The notes beneath the pieces are model-generated. The model was not told where the DNA came from. It searched no databases and worked only from the letters and a program-made list of their open reading frames with translations. Shown in pieces: positions 1-16,423 of a stretch of 64,000 nucleotides of DNA (position 1 is its first letter; every line of letters begins with the position of its first letter). The stretch lies in assembly GCF_009914755.1 (NCBI RefSeq), contig NC_060943.1; one strand, given 5' to 3'. This stretch comes from the human T2T-CHM13v2.0 reference genome, Homo sapiens. Made by a program: the position numbers and the translations under genes.

Positions 1-507
<507 letters not shown>

Positions 508-573
508 GGTTTTGATTTTTTTTATAGTGGTAATGATTCTGTCTTCTTAACTCCTTTAAAATCTTAGTCAGTG

Positions 574-854
574 GGCTGGGCGCTGTGGCTCATGCCTGTA
601 ATCCTAGCACTTTGGGAGGCCGAGGCGGGTGGATCACTTGAGGTCAGGTGTCTGAGACCAGCCTGGCCAAGATGGTGAAACCCCATCTCTACTAAAAATA
701 CAAAAATTAGCCGGGCGTGGTGGCGGGCACCTGTAATCCCAGCTACCCAGGAGGCTGAGGCACGAGAATCACTTGAACCTGGGAGGTGGAGGTTTCATTG
801 AGCCGAGATTGTGCCACTGCACTCCAGCCTGGGCATAGAGCAAGACTCAGTCTA

Positions 855-857
<3 letters not shown>
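574..857 (+). mobile_element. Alu (AluS)
   Basis: Full dimer 'ggctgggcgctgtggctcatgcctgtaatcc...actaaaaatacaaaaattagccgggcg...gcaagactcagtct'. Confidence 0.96.

Positions 858-910
<53 letters not shown>
857..910. repeat. (TA)n microsatellite derived from the Alu tail
   Basis: Uninterrupted alternating TA run of ~54 nt directly after the Alu 3' end. Confidence 0.97.
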
Positions 911-915
<5 letters not shown>

Positions 916-1664
916 GTGGATCTCTTACTTTCACAGGATTTATTTCATAGTGTGAATGAGACACCTCCTATAGGCTCCAGGTTGCTAACTTCATGAGGTG
1001 TGAAGATTCGGTGCTTTATAAAACAGCCCCCACATTCTTCATAGGCCTGTCCTTAATTCTCAGCACCCCTCTGCTTCTGACATTGTACCTAAAATTAAGT
1101 TTTTTGTGGTTATATGAGAGCTCTGGAAATGCCCAGCATTAGCCACTAATGTTTCCGTTTGATATTTCCCCATATCTTAATAGTGACCCTCAATCCATTA
1201 CTCAGATGGGTGTCCTTTTCTTGGATGTCTGGAAACTAATACCAGCTATCCCTGTGACCTCCCTGCTGAGCCACCATTTTGTCTTTTCTCTTTTCTTGTC
1301 TACAATTGTGTTCGTAACCCTCAGCTCTTTCATGAGCAGCCTTGATGCTTTCGACTGCTTCTAACTCTGAGTTTATTACCCGCAGTTTCCATGAGCCAAG
1401 TTTAGGGGCCTGTGAGACCGTCCCATGTAAATTTTCACATTCCTCTAACCAAAATGTAGTGTTTCCTTCCATCCAGAATGTAGGCCGTAGACCCCGTGGG
1501 TATGGGGCATTGTTAACAGTGAGACCACAGCAGTTTTTATGTCATCTGACAGCATCTCCAAATAGCCTTCATGGTTGTCACTGCTTCCCAATGACAATTC
1601 CAAATAACAGTTCCCAGTGATGACTTGCTACTTGATATTGTTACTTAATATGTTAAGGTGGCTG

Positions 1665-2128
1665 TTGTAGGCACTATTACTGTGTAAGAAATTACACCAA
1701 AATTTAGTGGCTCAACACAATCATTATGTTTGTGGATTCTCATGCTCATGGTCAAGATTTCAGACAGGGCACAAGAGTGGCCTGCTGTCTCTGTCCATGA
1801 TGTCTGGCTTCAGCACGGAAGACTCAACAGCTGGGGGCTGGAACCATTTGGAGGCTTGTTCCCTTATATCTGATACCTGGCTTGGGATGTTGGAAGATGG
1901 GGCTCAGCTGGGACTGAGTGCCTACATGTAGTGTTTCCATGTGGCCTTGACTTCCTTACAGCCTGGCAGTCTCAGGGTAGTCAGAATTCTTAGGTGGCAC
2001 AGGTTCCCAGGGCAGATGCTGAGTGGTCTTTTATGAGGTAACACAACAAATCCACCCAGGATCGGGGAGACAGGACATCGATTCTGCCTCTCAAAGGGAG
2101 GAGTGGCCATTTTTTAAAAATTGCCACA
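1665..2128 (-). mobile_element. MaLR solo LTR (MLT1G/H-like)
   Basis: 'tattactgtgtaagaaattacaccaaaatttagtggctcaacacaa...ctgggggctggaa..at.tggagg...ctcagctgggac...tccatgtggc...ctcagggtagtcaga...ggccattttttaaaaattgccaca' resembles the antisense MLT1 consensus from memory; ends approximate. Confidence 0.7.
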
Positions 2129-2185
2129 GCAACATGCCTATTAATATATCAGAAAAATTTGAAGTATCCTGATAGCTGCATTTCT

Positions 2186-2484
<299 letters not shown>

Positions 2485-2519
2485 AATAGCTGCATTTCTA
2501 AGTAATTAGTCTCCTTTGA

Positions 2520-2959
<440 letters not shown>

Positions 2960-4849
2960 CATTTCCCCCAGTATTTGAAATGCACAGTTTCTGCTCTGGT
3001 TCATTGGTCAGGGCAGGACTTTCTCGTTTGCCTTAAACCTAACAGTAGTTTAGAAATTGGCCTGTAACTTTTTTTGGCATGATTTCCTTCTGTTTGTGCT
3101 GATATTTTTCTCACCTCAATAAGGATAGGAGCTTCTTTTCCTTTTTTTTTTTTTCCAGGTAGAATCATGTTTTCTTTTAATTGAATACTTAACTCACAAT
3201 GTTTCCTGTTTTGCAGCTGCTCTGCTAATAATTAGGTTCCCACCTCTCAAGATCATTAGGAGCTTCTTTTCCAATTCCTCTGTTTTGCATGCATTGGAAG
3301 GTAAGTTTCCTTGTAAACCAGATTTTGGACTCTGCAGGCTTTGCCAAATGGCCTTTTTACCCTCATGTATATTGCATTTTCTTTGGATAGTCTCATGGAT
3401 TCTCAAGGATATTGTATTCCTGTATTTTACCATTCATGAGTTTAGAAGTGTGTTTACTTTCCTGAGTTTTCATTTTCTTTTTCTTCTGTCATATGTAATT
3501 TACAGAGCAAATACCTACCAGAATGGATAACTTGAGAGATGTGGAAAGTGAGTTTCTTTGCGCTTATCTAGTGAGGGTGATTTTTAGTCAATAAGCATTT
3601 GGTATATGCCTGGGAATCCAACAGCTGCTATTTAGATTCAGAGCCAGCCTTTATTTATCAGCTTTCTGATGCTGAACCCATCAGTGAACTTCTCTGTATA
3701 TTTGATTCATCATAAGGAAAATGGTGACGCCGAGGGTGACTGATTTCCAGGTTTACATCGGTTGCCCCAGGGGAAGTGCCTGGCCCCCATCTGGTCCTTG
3801 CTGCTCTAACTTTGCCCTGTTAATTGAAGAAATGCAGGTATAAACACTTCCTGGGTTGTTGCTGGCATTTATTGTCCTCACAGTTTACAGAGAAGCCCAT
3901 ATTTTCAGCCTCTTCCTCTGCTTTCTGTCATTTCTGAACCATCTCACCCGACCTGGTGTAATTTTCATTGTGTGTGAGTTTGCACAGATGTAATTTGGGC
4001 CTACATGTGTCCAAAGCCTAATGCCCACCTCCCACCTCCACTAGGATCTGGAGCTCAGGACCCACTACCTCCCCGGCCCACTGCAAGCTTGAACATTTGA
4101 TGGTGGACACCCCTCCCTGACTTTGTATTATGGTGGGTTCTCTTGGGTCTTGTTCTCTGTGGGTCTGTCCTGCGCTATACTGTGTGGAGCCGGGGGGATT
4201 TTCCCTGTGTTCCCGAAAGAGGGTCACAAGGAGTTTTTGAGCAAAGAGGGGCTGATAGTTCTTAAGGGTATCCCACAGAAGGGAGAGGCCAGACATATTC
4301 AGGAAAATCTTGTTTTTTTATTCTTGTAGGTCCAGATTTTGGATGAATCTCTATAGAGATTGAACAGATAAGGCTCACCTTTCAATAGTTACACCAAGAA
4401 AGGCCTAGGTGGTGACTTAAGCTATGGTTTTGGGCAGCACGAGAGTGGTCAGGTGGACAGTAGGGAAGTCTACATGTAACCCAAACGGAAAAGAGAAAAG
4501 GCCCCTGAGAAATCAGGGCAAAGTCCCACAGTGTCTCTTTCCCCATAGTGTCACTGGTGTGGGGGTTACCTTCCCACTATGTCTCCCAGAAGACATGAGG
4601 GCACAGACTACAGTGCCTGTGGACAGAGGAGCTGTGGGGATGGAAGTGTGATTGCTTCATTCAAATGCACGCCCCGGTGCGTGTGCGTCTCTTCTGATGC
4701 AGCTCCCCATGGGTAAGCTCTGTGCTTCTCCACACAGTGGATCAGGAGTGGAAACATTCTGTCTGTTTAGCACTTGACGGTTTGGTGGTGACCTGATGTC
4801 ATGGTGATAATAGAGGCAATGATCCTAACAGCTTAGAACTGTTCAGCTT

Positions 4850-5179
<330 letters not shown>

Positions 5180-6561
5180 TTATATGTATTACCTAGTCTT
5201 AGTTATCTGCAGTGGTTTTGTTATTTTTTGCATAAACTGCTGAGAATGTTTAATAATTGTAGATGATAGATCACTAGTCACTCTAAAATCTTCCCATTTC
5301 TTGGTCTAGAGCTGGGGCTGGATCCCTCAGCAACGAGGAGACCTGAAAACTAGAGGAAAAAAAGCAGGTCCTCCCTATAAACCACTCATCTGTGCTCTCT
5401 TCCAATTTATTCTCCTTTTGTGTACATCATTTTAAGGGGCTATAATCATCTTGTTCAGACCTCAGGATATAAAATGACCCATCTGTAGACCTCCAGCCGT
5501 ATCCCAAAGTTGTCTGTTTTGTTTTTTTTTGAAATTCCTGACAAGTTTCAGTTGTAGCTGTGCCCTGAGGAAACATTCCCGATTCCCGGAGTAGCTTCCA
5601 GGTTAAAGTCCTGTAGGCTTCTTCTGTTTTTAGAAATTCCTATCAGAGAAAGACCTGATTTTGGATTTTTAGCTTTAATGCTTGTGAAAAGCTATAAAAA
5701 TAATTTTCTACGCCTAGCTTTGAAGTACTGTTAGTGAGAAATTAAAATTCCTTCAGGAGGATTAAACTGCCATTTCTGTTACCCTAATTACAAAAGTTTT
5801 GGTTGTTAGAATTTTCTTTACTGTTCATGAAGAAGTATTTTATATTTTCCTTCGACATTCATTCTCTTTAGCAGGTAATTTTGAACTTTAGTTTCTTAAA
5901 TACCCAAATTTGGTTTTTCCTCAGTCTTCTCTCTGCTACAGATTTCTAACTTAACAGGAAAGGCAGTTTTCCTCAAAAAGGGCAAAGAACAGCGGGAACA
6001 GTAGAGGGCACCTTCAACCCCAGCATGGAATTGACGTTCCTGCTTCAAAATGAACCATCACAGCAATCTTGGCTTTTTGATTTGGACCCTCATTTCTCTT
6101 ATAATTTGAACTTATATTGGAGAGAAGGGGCCTGTCTCTTAAGCCAGCTAGTTTTTGTACTGGATATTTATATATCATTTCATTTGTTCCTTAGTGTTTT
6201 TTCATTTCTATTATGATTTGTTCTGTGGGATGTGACTTACCGGTGTGTTTTTCACGTTTATAAAGCTGAATACTTCTGTATGTCAGCTTAGCACCCCTAG
6301 CATCAGCCATGCTACTCTCCTGCTGTGCATAGATGGGGGCCTGTCCCCCTGCTGAATCTCCTGGGTTCCTGCTGTCAACACCTGAAGGTACCCACCAGAT
6401 GTGTCTGTCACTTCCCTCCATCCACCTCTCTTGTGTTTCTCATGTTTCTGCCTCCCTAGAGACCATTTCTCTCTAGAGCAGTGCTTTCCAATAGAAATAC
6501 AATGCCAGACACATACGTCATTTTAGATTTTCTAGTAGTCACTTTAGAAAAGTTAAAAAGA

Positions 6562-6870
6562 GGCTGGGCATGGTAGCTCACACCTGTAATCCCAGCACTT
6601 TGGGAGGCTGAGGTGGGCAGATTAGCTGAGGTCAGGAGTTCGAGACCAGCCTGGCCAACATGGTGAAACCCCGTCACTACTAAAAATACAAAAATTAGCC
6701 GGGTATGGTAGCAGGTGCCTGGGATTACAGCCTCCCGAGTAGGCTGAGACATGAGAATCACTTGATTCTGGGAGGTGGAGGCTGCAGTGAGCCGAGGTCA
6801 TGTGCACCACTGCAATCCAACCTTGGCAACAGAGCAAGACTTTGTCTCACACAAAAAAAAGAAAAGAAAG
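6562..6870 (+). mobile_element. Alu (AluS) inserted in MER33
   Basis: Full Alu; TSD 'agaaaagttaaaa' at 6546-6558 and 6869-6881. Confidence 0.96.
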
Positions 6871-7001
6871 AAAAGTTAAAAGGGAGCAGGTGAAATTAAT
6901 AATGTGTTTTATTTCACCTAAAATGTTAGTATTATCCAGAATATCACTTCAACGTCTTATCAAAATAAAAATTATTAATGAGATAGTTTGCATTCTTCCT
7001 C

Positions 7002-7800
<799 letters not shown>

Positions 7801-7947
7801 TTAGCAATCTTTCAAGTGCTCAGCAGCCACATGTGGCAGTGGCTGCCTTATTGGACAGCGCAGCTCTGAACGGTGATTTTATGTACATCCCCACTGCTCT
7901 CTCTGCCTCCTTTATTCCCATCTACCCCACACCCCTGATGTCTATTG

Positions 7948-8305
7948 GAGGGAGTCTACTGGGAGTGTGGAGGCTTTCCTGTCCCTAGCATGGATGACAT
8001 CAGCAGGTGGTGATGAAAGTGATTAAACAGCATTCTCATCACAAAAAAAAGTCAAGTATTTGAGGTAATGGGTTGGTTAATTTGATTTCATCATTCCACA
8101 TCGTAATGAAAAGTCATACCATCATTTTATACCCCATAAATATATATAATTTAGAAGATAGATAAAAATCAGCCAAAACAATTCTTTGAAATATTTTTAA
8201 GCAAACATGTACAATTTATGGGGTACAATATCATTTGTTAGTATATATAATTTTTTTTTATGGGGAGTCAGTTAACACAGGAAACAGCCCCTTGAAAGGG
8301 AGATA
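7948..8305 (+). repeat. Left arm of an old inverted duplication (partner 10688-11050)
   Basis: Aligns by eye with the reverse complement of 10688-11050, including non-TE flanks: 'tttcctgtcc.agcatgga', 'gaaagtgat.aaacagc', 'caggaaacagccccttg...gggagata'. Confidence 0.85.
8033..8152 (+). mobile_element. L1M(A) 3' end fragment
   Basis: 'ttctcatcacaaaaaaa..aagtatttgaggt.atgg...gttaatt...cattccaca...catca..tt.taccccataaatatata' is typical of L1MA 3' UTR ends. Confidence 0.7.
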
Positions 8306-9007
8306 CCCCCACACCCCTGGAGTAGCCCCTGGAGGACTATCGCCTCCCTCTCTCCTCTCTTTCTGTCTCATATTCCTTTAATTTGGAGAATCATTTCCAA
8401 TTCCTTAACATTCTGGCCTGATTTTTTTCTGTCTTACATTCAAAGGTCACAGTTTTCCTCTCACCCTCATTTCAGTCTTTTCCCATAAGATGTGACATGC
8501 CTTTTTGTCTTGGTTGGGCATTTATTTGCAATACAAGAATGATTGTTTTCTTTGATACATTAATGACTTAGATACTTTTCCTAGTAAAATGTATCTTAAC
8601 AGAATTCCAAATTAATTCTAGACAGCATATTTTTAAAGGTGTGTATAGAGCTCCTTATGTTTCTTCCTTGATTTTTAAAATGACATATTTAGGTCTATAT
8701 ATTTTAGGATATAAGATCTCTATGTGTTGCTTTGCTTCATTGAACATTTTTGGTGATTATTTTTATTTTCTGTGTATTTTAGGATTTCCATTAAACTATA
8801 TTCTCATTTCAAATTTCTATCTGAGTGATAGAATTATTTTAATGTAGGAAAGGTTCATCAAAAATGGGTGTAGTGATTGTGTTCTTTCCTATGCTCGAAT
8901 GGAAAATGATGAGGGGACATGATGTTAGAGTTGCAGTGAGAAGGGGTGGAAAAGAGGGATTCCAGAGTGCCAGGCACACAGGTTTTCTGGAAGGTTTACA
9001 TGAGGAC

Positions 9008-9403
9008 TGCTGTGGTTTGAATGTGTTCCCCGAAGTTCATGTGTTGGAAACTCAACCCCTAATGCAACAGTGTTGACCAGTGGAACCTTTAAGAGGTGAT
9101 TAGGTCATGAAGGCTCTGCCCTCATGAATGGATGAAGCTAGAGTGGGTTAGTTATCTTGGGAGGGGGTTCCTGATAAAAGGATGAGGTTGGCTTCCTTCC
9201 CTTTCTCTCTTTCCCCCTCCCCCCTTCACATGTGGTCACTCTCTTGCCCTTCCACCTTCCACCATAGGACGGCACAGTGAGACCTTCACCAGATGCAGGC
9301 CCCTCACTTTCCCAGTGTTCAGAACCGTAAACCAAGTGAACTCTTGCTTATAAATCACCCAGTCTGTGGTATTCTGTTATAGCAACACAAACGGACTAAG
9401 AGA
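9008..9403 (+). mobile_element. MST-family MaLR solo LTR (MSTD/MSTB-like)
   Basis: Starts 'tgctgtggtttgaatgtgt.ccc..aagttcatgtgttggaaact', ends 'ataaat.acccagtctgtggtattctgttatagcaacacaaacggactaaga'; near-identical 5-bp TSD aggac/gggac. Confidence 0.92.
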
Positions 9404-9604
9404 GGGACACTCAGTGGGCTCTTCTACTTGATGGAGCACTCCCTGCGTGGTGCCTTGTATTTGTAGACATGATGCTGTAAATGTTTTTAGAATGTCTTGA
9501 AGGCTTTTGTTTGAGGAGTTTATAGAGAAGCCCCCTACAGGCTTCAGGTCCCTTCTTCTGTTGCTTCTTTGCTCTTTAGTACCTCCCCTAACCTGGTGCT
9601 AAAT

Positions 9605-9784
9605 TAGATCATAGTGTGGTCCTTGGACCAACAGTATCAATAGCACCTGAAAATCATGCTGGAAATACAGATTCACAGGCTGCTCCCCAGAATACTGAAG
9701 AAGAAACTCTAGGAGTGAGACCCAACAATCTGTGTTTAACAAGTCCCCAGGTGAGTCTGATGCACACAGAAATGTGAGCTGCTG
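9605..9784 (+). mobile_element. MER5A (hAT-Charlie) relic
   Basis: 'agtgtggtcc..ggacca.cag.atca...cacctg...gaaat.ca.att...ccccaga..tactgaa..agaaactct...aatctgtgtttaacaag...ccaggtga.tctgatgcac'. Confidence 0.85.
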
Positions 9785-10687
9785 TATTAGATGGTGTTGA
9801 GTTCATGCCACCGGATCACTGACACACACGTCTGCTCACTGCTTGCTCTTTGCACAGGCCCCTGGATCCTCCTGGAATCCCTGATCCCTGTTGCTCCCTG
9901 GCGGAGTTTTCTAGTCCCTCTTACTTGAAGCATGTCTTTCAGAGCCCGGCACCACCCATCTTGAGTATCTGGTGAGTTCTGTGGTCTGCATGTCCATGTT
10001 TGGGACATTCTGGGAAGGGTGGCCCAGGCTGTGATTTGCCATCTACTGCAGGCTATGGATGGTATTCAGAAGGGAGGGGAGATGCTGTGTGCGTGTTCTG
10101 AAGGGTTTCCCACTAAACAGACCAACCCTCTCCATAACTATTTGATTTTTACTTTATCTCCTCGTTGACTTCACAGTGTCAGTGCAGTTTGTGTAAACAT
10201 CTCTATGGGGTGATGCATGCAGATAAATGTTTATGTGAACATATAAAGTCTGCATGTGTGGGTGAACACTCCACATCAGGTCATTGTCCATCATTACATA
10301 TCTGTGGTGTCTGGCTCATTCGTCTCGTTTTCTGTCATTTTACCTACTTTTACCTGAAGTACAATGACTATTTAATAACTATTAAATGTTTCATTTCAGC
10401 TACACCTCTATGGTATTTTTTTCACCTCATATCATACCTTCCTCCCTCACTGGACTTCAGTGTGGGACCTGCAGGTCTCAGGCCTTCTGGGAAGTCCCAC
10501 CTTTTCTTGAATGTTCTCTCTCTCTGGCCAGCTCAGGCTGGAGCAGTGGGTGTTGGTGCCATCCTGTGGCTATAGGTGATAAGCCGGCTGTTCTTCACTG
10601 ACCTGGTCTTACCTTGAACCCTGGAGTTCTCACATGCATGGATTTAAATGCTGTGTCTTTCTAAGGGCACATTATGGCCATTTTCCT

Positions 10688-11050
10688 TATCTCCCTCCCA
10701 AGGGGCTGTTTCCTGTATTTATTGACTCCCTGTTTAAAAAAAATATATGTATATATAGACAAATTGGATTGTACCCCATAAACTGCATGTTTTAAAAATA
10801 CTTCAAAGAATAGTTTTTCATTTTTTTCTTGCTGGTTTTTATGTATCTTCTAAATTGTATATATTTATGGGGTATAAAATGATGTTGTGATTTTTCAATA
10901 CAGTGTGGAATGAGAATCAAATTAACCTATCCGTTACCTCAAGTACTTGACTTTTTTTGTGATGAGAAGGCTGTTTATCACTTTCACTCACCAGCTCCTG
11001 CTGTCTTCCATGCTGGGGACAGGAAAGGCTCCACGCTTGACTTTCCCTCC
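10688..11050 (-). repeat. Right arm of the inverted duplication, containing an antisense L1M fragment at ~10853-10968
   Basis: Its reverse complement matches 7948-8305. Confidence 0.85.
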
Positions 11051-11411
11051 TGTTTTCTTATCTGCTGTCAACCCCTGAATGTACCCTCCAGGATTGCCTT
11101 CTAGACCTTCTACATCTAGCTCGATCATTGTGCACCCACCTTCCTCCCAGGGACTGTCCTTAGGGAGTGACTTTATGCACAAACTTCACATGCTCTTCCT
11201 GCCTCCTTCATCCCCAGAAGCCCCCATCTCAGCCCCATCTGATTATTTCCTCCCTCTCTCATTTCCTGTTATGCTGTTGGTTTTCTAACCTGAAGGGTAA
11301 CTTCTTACTCCTTAGTTTTTTGCCTTAATTTCTAAGTCATAGGCTACTTTCAGGCTAAAAGTTTTCCTCCAGCCATGGTTTTAGTCTCATTCTATAAGTC
11401 TTGCTAGGTAG

Positions 11412-11722
<311 letters not shown>

Positions 11723-12168
11723 TTGGCACTATATTTAAGTGATGATATTTTTGGACACTGAGGTAGCCTCATTCCACAGGTTTAGATCTGAAGCATTTTC
11801 ACTATTGCTTCTTTCCATGTATTTCCTGGTTTGCAGGTCAGTTTCTTCTTTTAATTCATCATTGACACAGTGGTTTATATGGCTTTTAATTTCAAAAGAT
11901 TTTTTAAAATATCTTTTTGCCGATTTTTATCTATGTTAATTTTAACTAGACATGTTCCCTGGAAGGACATCACTAGTTTTTTTTTTTTTTTTCACTCTGT
12001 TTATAATTTAGGTGGATTTTCACATCTCAAGCCAGCTAAGAGTATGGGAAATAGGACTCGTTAAAGCACAGGTATCACACAAGTGATTCAGATTCACGAG
12101 GGTAATCCAGATGAAGGTATATCATTGTACCTGGCCCGCATCACTCAATAACTGTCACCTTTGATTTA

Positions 12169-12451
12169 TTGATTTACTTGAGATGGAGTTTGGTTCTGTC
12201 CCCGAGGCTGGAGTGCAATGGCGTGATCTCTGCTCACTACAACCTCTGCCTCCCAGGTTCAGAGTGATTCTCCTGCCTCAGCCTCTTTAGCTGGGATTAC
12301 AGGCACCCACCAACATGCCCAGCTAATTTTTGTATTTTTAGTAGAGAGGAGCTTTCACCATAATGGCCAGGCTGGTCTTGAACCTCAAATGATCTGCCCA
12401 CCTTGGCCTCCCAAAGTGCTAGGATTACAGGCTGGAGCTACGGAGCCCAGC
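12169..12451 (-). mobile_element. Alu with target-site duplication
   Basis: Antisense Alu; TSD 'ctgtcacctt(t)gattta' at ~12152 and ~12452. Confidence 0.95.
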
Positions 12452-13443
12452 CTGTCACCTTGATTTAAATGAATGCAGCTTTCTTGGTGTCTTGATGTTT
12501 GTGAATTTCTGTGGAGTTTGATACTGCTCCTTTTGCTGCTTGTTTTTCCAGAGTCCCCTTATCACTTGACGTGCTGTTATATTATGTTTGATTTATTACA
12601 GATACCCCATCAGCCTGAGTCTCTTAAAGGCCTTTATACACATATGTCTACACATAGGGATTTGGATGATCTCGGGATCCCACATCCTCGCTGTCCCCTG
12701 TCCCCCCACAACATCCCACACCAATACCTTTCTGAAGTTTTCTAGTCCCTCCTTTTTGTTTGTGCTCCTTAAAGCCCAGCCCCATGCCTGACTTTGGTTC
12801 CCAGTGAGCATTGTACATTTGTGGATATTAAATCTTTGGCAAAGTCATTTACCTGGGCTGGAATAGGGCTCTTGGCTGATTCTTTTTCCTAAACACCCAC
12901 CCAATGGGAGAGGCTGATACTCAACATGCAAACCTTGTGTTTTATTTCTCCAGGCGAAGGGATGTTGGAAGACATTCTGGAAGGGGTGGGGTGTGAAGAT
13001 TTACAAATAATCTTTGAATATCTGCTTCATGATAGGTCTTGGAGGTGCCTTGTGGGTGTGGCTTTGGGGGGATGGTTACGAGGAAATTGTGGATATTAAG
13101 GAAGTCAGGAAAGGAAAAGATCAGTCACAATTCAACAATTCAGAGAAAGCTCCTAAGGGACTTTCTGGCTGCTTGATGCCCAGAGGCCAGGCCCTCACTT
13201 CGTATTAAGGCTCAGGACTGTGGATAGAGAATTTAAAGGGGCACCAAAAAAACATTAAAATAGATAAACATATTTTTAATGGAATACCTTTAAAAATGCA
13301 AATCAATGCACAAAGAAAACGCCCATGTTGAACAAAATGGTGACAATTGTGCCTTCTCTTCAACACCACCCCACCCTCCAGAAGTTTCCTTCAAGCCGTA
13401 CCTGTAAGAGTAAAAACAGAGAAAAATAAAAACCTTTAAGTTA

Positions 13444-13772
<329 letters not shown>

Positions 13773-14339
13773 ACCTCGGGAATTTCTGGCTCAAGCCTCT
13801 GATCCTCACCACCACTATCACCAGGGGATCTTTTGCTGTTCACCCAAGTCCAGCCTTCATCCCCTAAACTCCTGGGGAAATGCGACCAGACTCTCCCCAT
13901 CTCCATTCCGGGAGTTTGCCTCAAGCCAATCTTGTTCTCCCTGAAAACGGCCTTGGGGTTCCCCATCCTGGTACACCCTCCTACTCTAGGGGACACAGGG
14001 CCGATGTTGCCCCCAAACCGGCAGTCCCAGGAGCGCATCGCTTCTCCCTGAACTGCTTCTGCCCCAACCTGGCATCTGCTTGGGGAAGGGCACCCCAGGG
14101 TGGAGACTTGCATGGTGAGCTCAGCTCACCTTCAGGTGAAGGTCAGCGCACACTGGCCACCCGGGACCACATTTTCCAGAATCCTTTGGCGGTCCCGCGA
14201 TGCTCTCGTGGTCAGCAGCTCTCATTGGGTTGCAGAGGAGAAACTTGTCCGTGTCACTGGGGCATCTTAACAGTCGGCTCCTAAGCTTGGTTGTGTGCGC
14301 TGTGCAGATGTGAGAGGCACACCGTGTGGGCGAACCCAA

Positions 14340-14580
14340 CTGCTTGCCTGCCTCTCTAGCTCCAAAACTACAATCCCCAGAGGCCTCTGCGGTCACTTCC
14401 ACTACCCACCCTACACACCTTCTGTGTGTCGCGTTAATGTCAGAAGCACTTCTGTTTGGTGGCCCCGGCTGGTTAGGCTGGTTGGCACCCAGGGAGGCAC
14501 CCAGGTCTTCCCCACACCTCTGCACCTCATTACCTGACCGGCTTCTGGATCCGCAGCGTGCATCTGCAGTCTGTGAGTCC
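14340..14580 (+). promoter_or_regulatory. Decayed ZNF143/THAP11 + ETS promoter relic with a downstream splice donor
   Basis: 'aaactacaatccccagaggcc' (~14365-14385) matches ACTACAnnTCCCA; 'cacttcc' at ~14394; 'tcagaagcacttctg' (14440-14454) reads as CpG-deaminated CCGGAAG/CACTTCCG; donor 'ct|gtgagt' at ~14572. Confidence 0.5.
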
Positions 14581-15589
14581 CCTATAGGCACTCAGTATGC
14601 CCCTCTGCGTGTCCCTCTGTTACTCATGGGGACACAGTCTGGGAGCCGTAGACCTGTCTCAGAACTAGGGCGCCCTCCTGTGGGCACCTCCAGGCCATTT
14701 TCCTTTCACTGGAGCCCACCGGGTTAGAGACAGACCCTCACTCTGTTGCTTGGGGACAAAGGCTTCACTCCCTGGCCCGAGCTTGGGGCTGAGCTAGAGG
14801 GTTCGGGGTCATCCTGGGCCCCTCTGGATGGGAATTGGCTGCCCTGTTAATTTCTGTGACATCCCCGACCCTAACAGTGGGTCTCTGGAGCAGACTGCGC
14901 TTCACCCCATGGGAAGGGGGTTTCCACCTGAGAGTCAAAAAAGAGGTGAGAATTCTCTGTAATTCCATCTTGACTGTCAACAGGATGGATTCTGTTACCA
15001 TTTCTTGCCCTGGAGGCTGCCTTGTTGGTATTGGGGAAAGTTCATTCCTAGTCCTGGAAAAGTGGCTCATTCCAACTGGAGTCCTCCCTCAGCATTCCTT
15101 TCTGCTGCATCCATCCTGCAGTCATTCATGTTGTTAATTGTAAACAAACACACATGGAACAGTTTAAATAAAACTACACAGATGTGTGTGCTTAATTGTT
15201 CAGTGATGTGGATGAAGGGCAGGGACAGCAGAGATGCCTGTGATTTCAAGGGCTTGGGGAGGACTCGTACAAGTAGAGCTGTCTCAGCTGCCCCTGACCG
15301 GTTTGGTACCTTGGAGATTCGGGGGAAGGCATTGCACTCGGAGGCAGAAGGAAGCATAGTCTGAGGCTGGGCTCTTGCTACAGGGTAGGAAGGATTATGG
15401 TGGCCAAGAGCCTTCTTAAGGTTGATTTTTAAATATGCATAGGTGAAGATACAGACTAGCTGTTCACACATAGAATAAGGAGAAGCTTTATAGAGTGTGA
15501 CCTAAATTTTACATCACAGAACACTTTCACCTTCCGGCAGTTGGGACATTTCACCCAAAATTTGAAATTCCCTCCTACTCTGAAAATGA

Positions 15590-15946
<357 letters not shown>

Positions 15947-16335
15947 TGAAACTGCTACTTCTGCGTTACGCGACTACGAGCCACCGGTGAGAGAGCAGCC
16001 CACGGGCACACAGGCGGACCTGTGCTCGTCATCACAAGGGCTCCACTTTTGGGGAGACTCACCCGCACACCGTCCGCGCACGCCTGAGGCTGGGATCCCG
16101 CGCTGCCTCGCCGGCGATCTGTCTGAGGTTTCTTCCTCCTGGGGTTTCTTCCTGCTGGTGGACCCTCCGCGAATCCCGGCCTCCGGAGACCGTCCTGGTA
16201 ACTACCCTGGCCAGGACGGGTCTCAGCCCAGACTCAGACGCACGATCACACAGGGCTGCTACTTCGCCAAGTGTCAGGGACCCATCCCCGGGCAACGGTG
16301 GCTTTCACTGTGGCCCAAGCGGCGGCTCGGGCCTC

Positions 16336-16423
16336 GCGCATGCGCACTGGCGAGGCCGACTCCCCCGCTCCACCCCCCCTTACTCCGCAGAGTCAGGCTG
16401 CGGACCCTTTAAAAAATGGCGGC
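16336..16423 (+). promoter_or_regulatory. NRF1 palindrome, C-rich/GC-box tract, TTTAAAA and YY1 site (repeated in every unit)
   Basis: GCGCATGCGC at 16336-16345; 'tcccccgctccaccccccc' at ~16361-16379; 'tttaaaaaatggcggcg' contains the YY1 consensus AAAATGGCGGC at 16413-16423. NRF1 and YY1 motifs are intact in all 19 units. Confidence 0.7.

Noticed and set aside
13190-13350. AT-rich stretch resembling an old DNA-transposon fragment
   Set aside because: I could not assign a family or termini with confidence.
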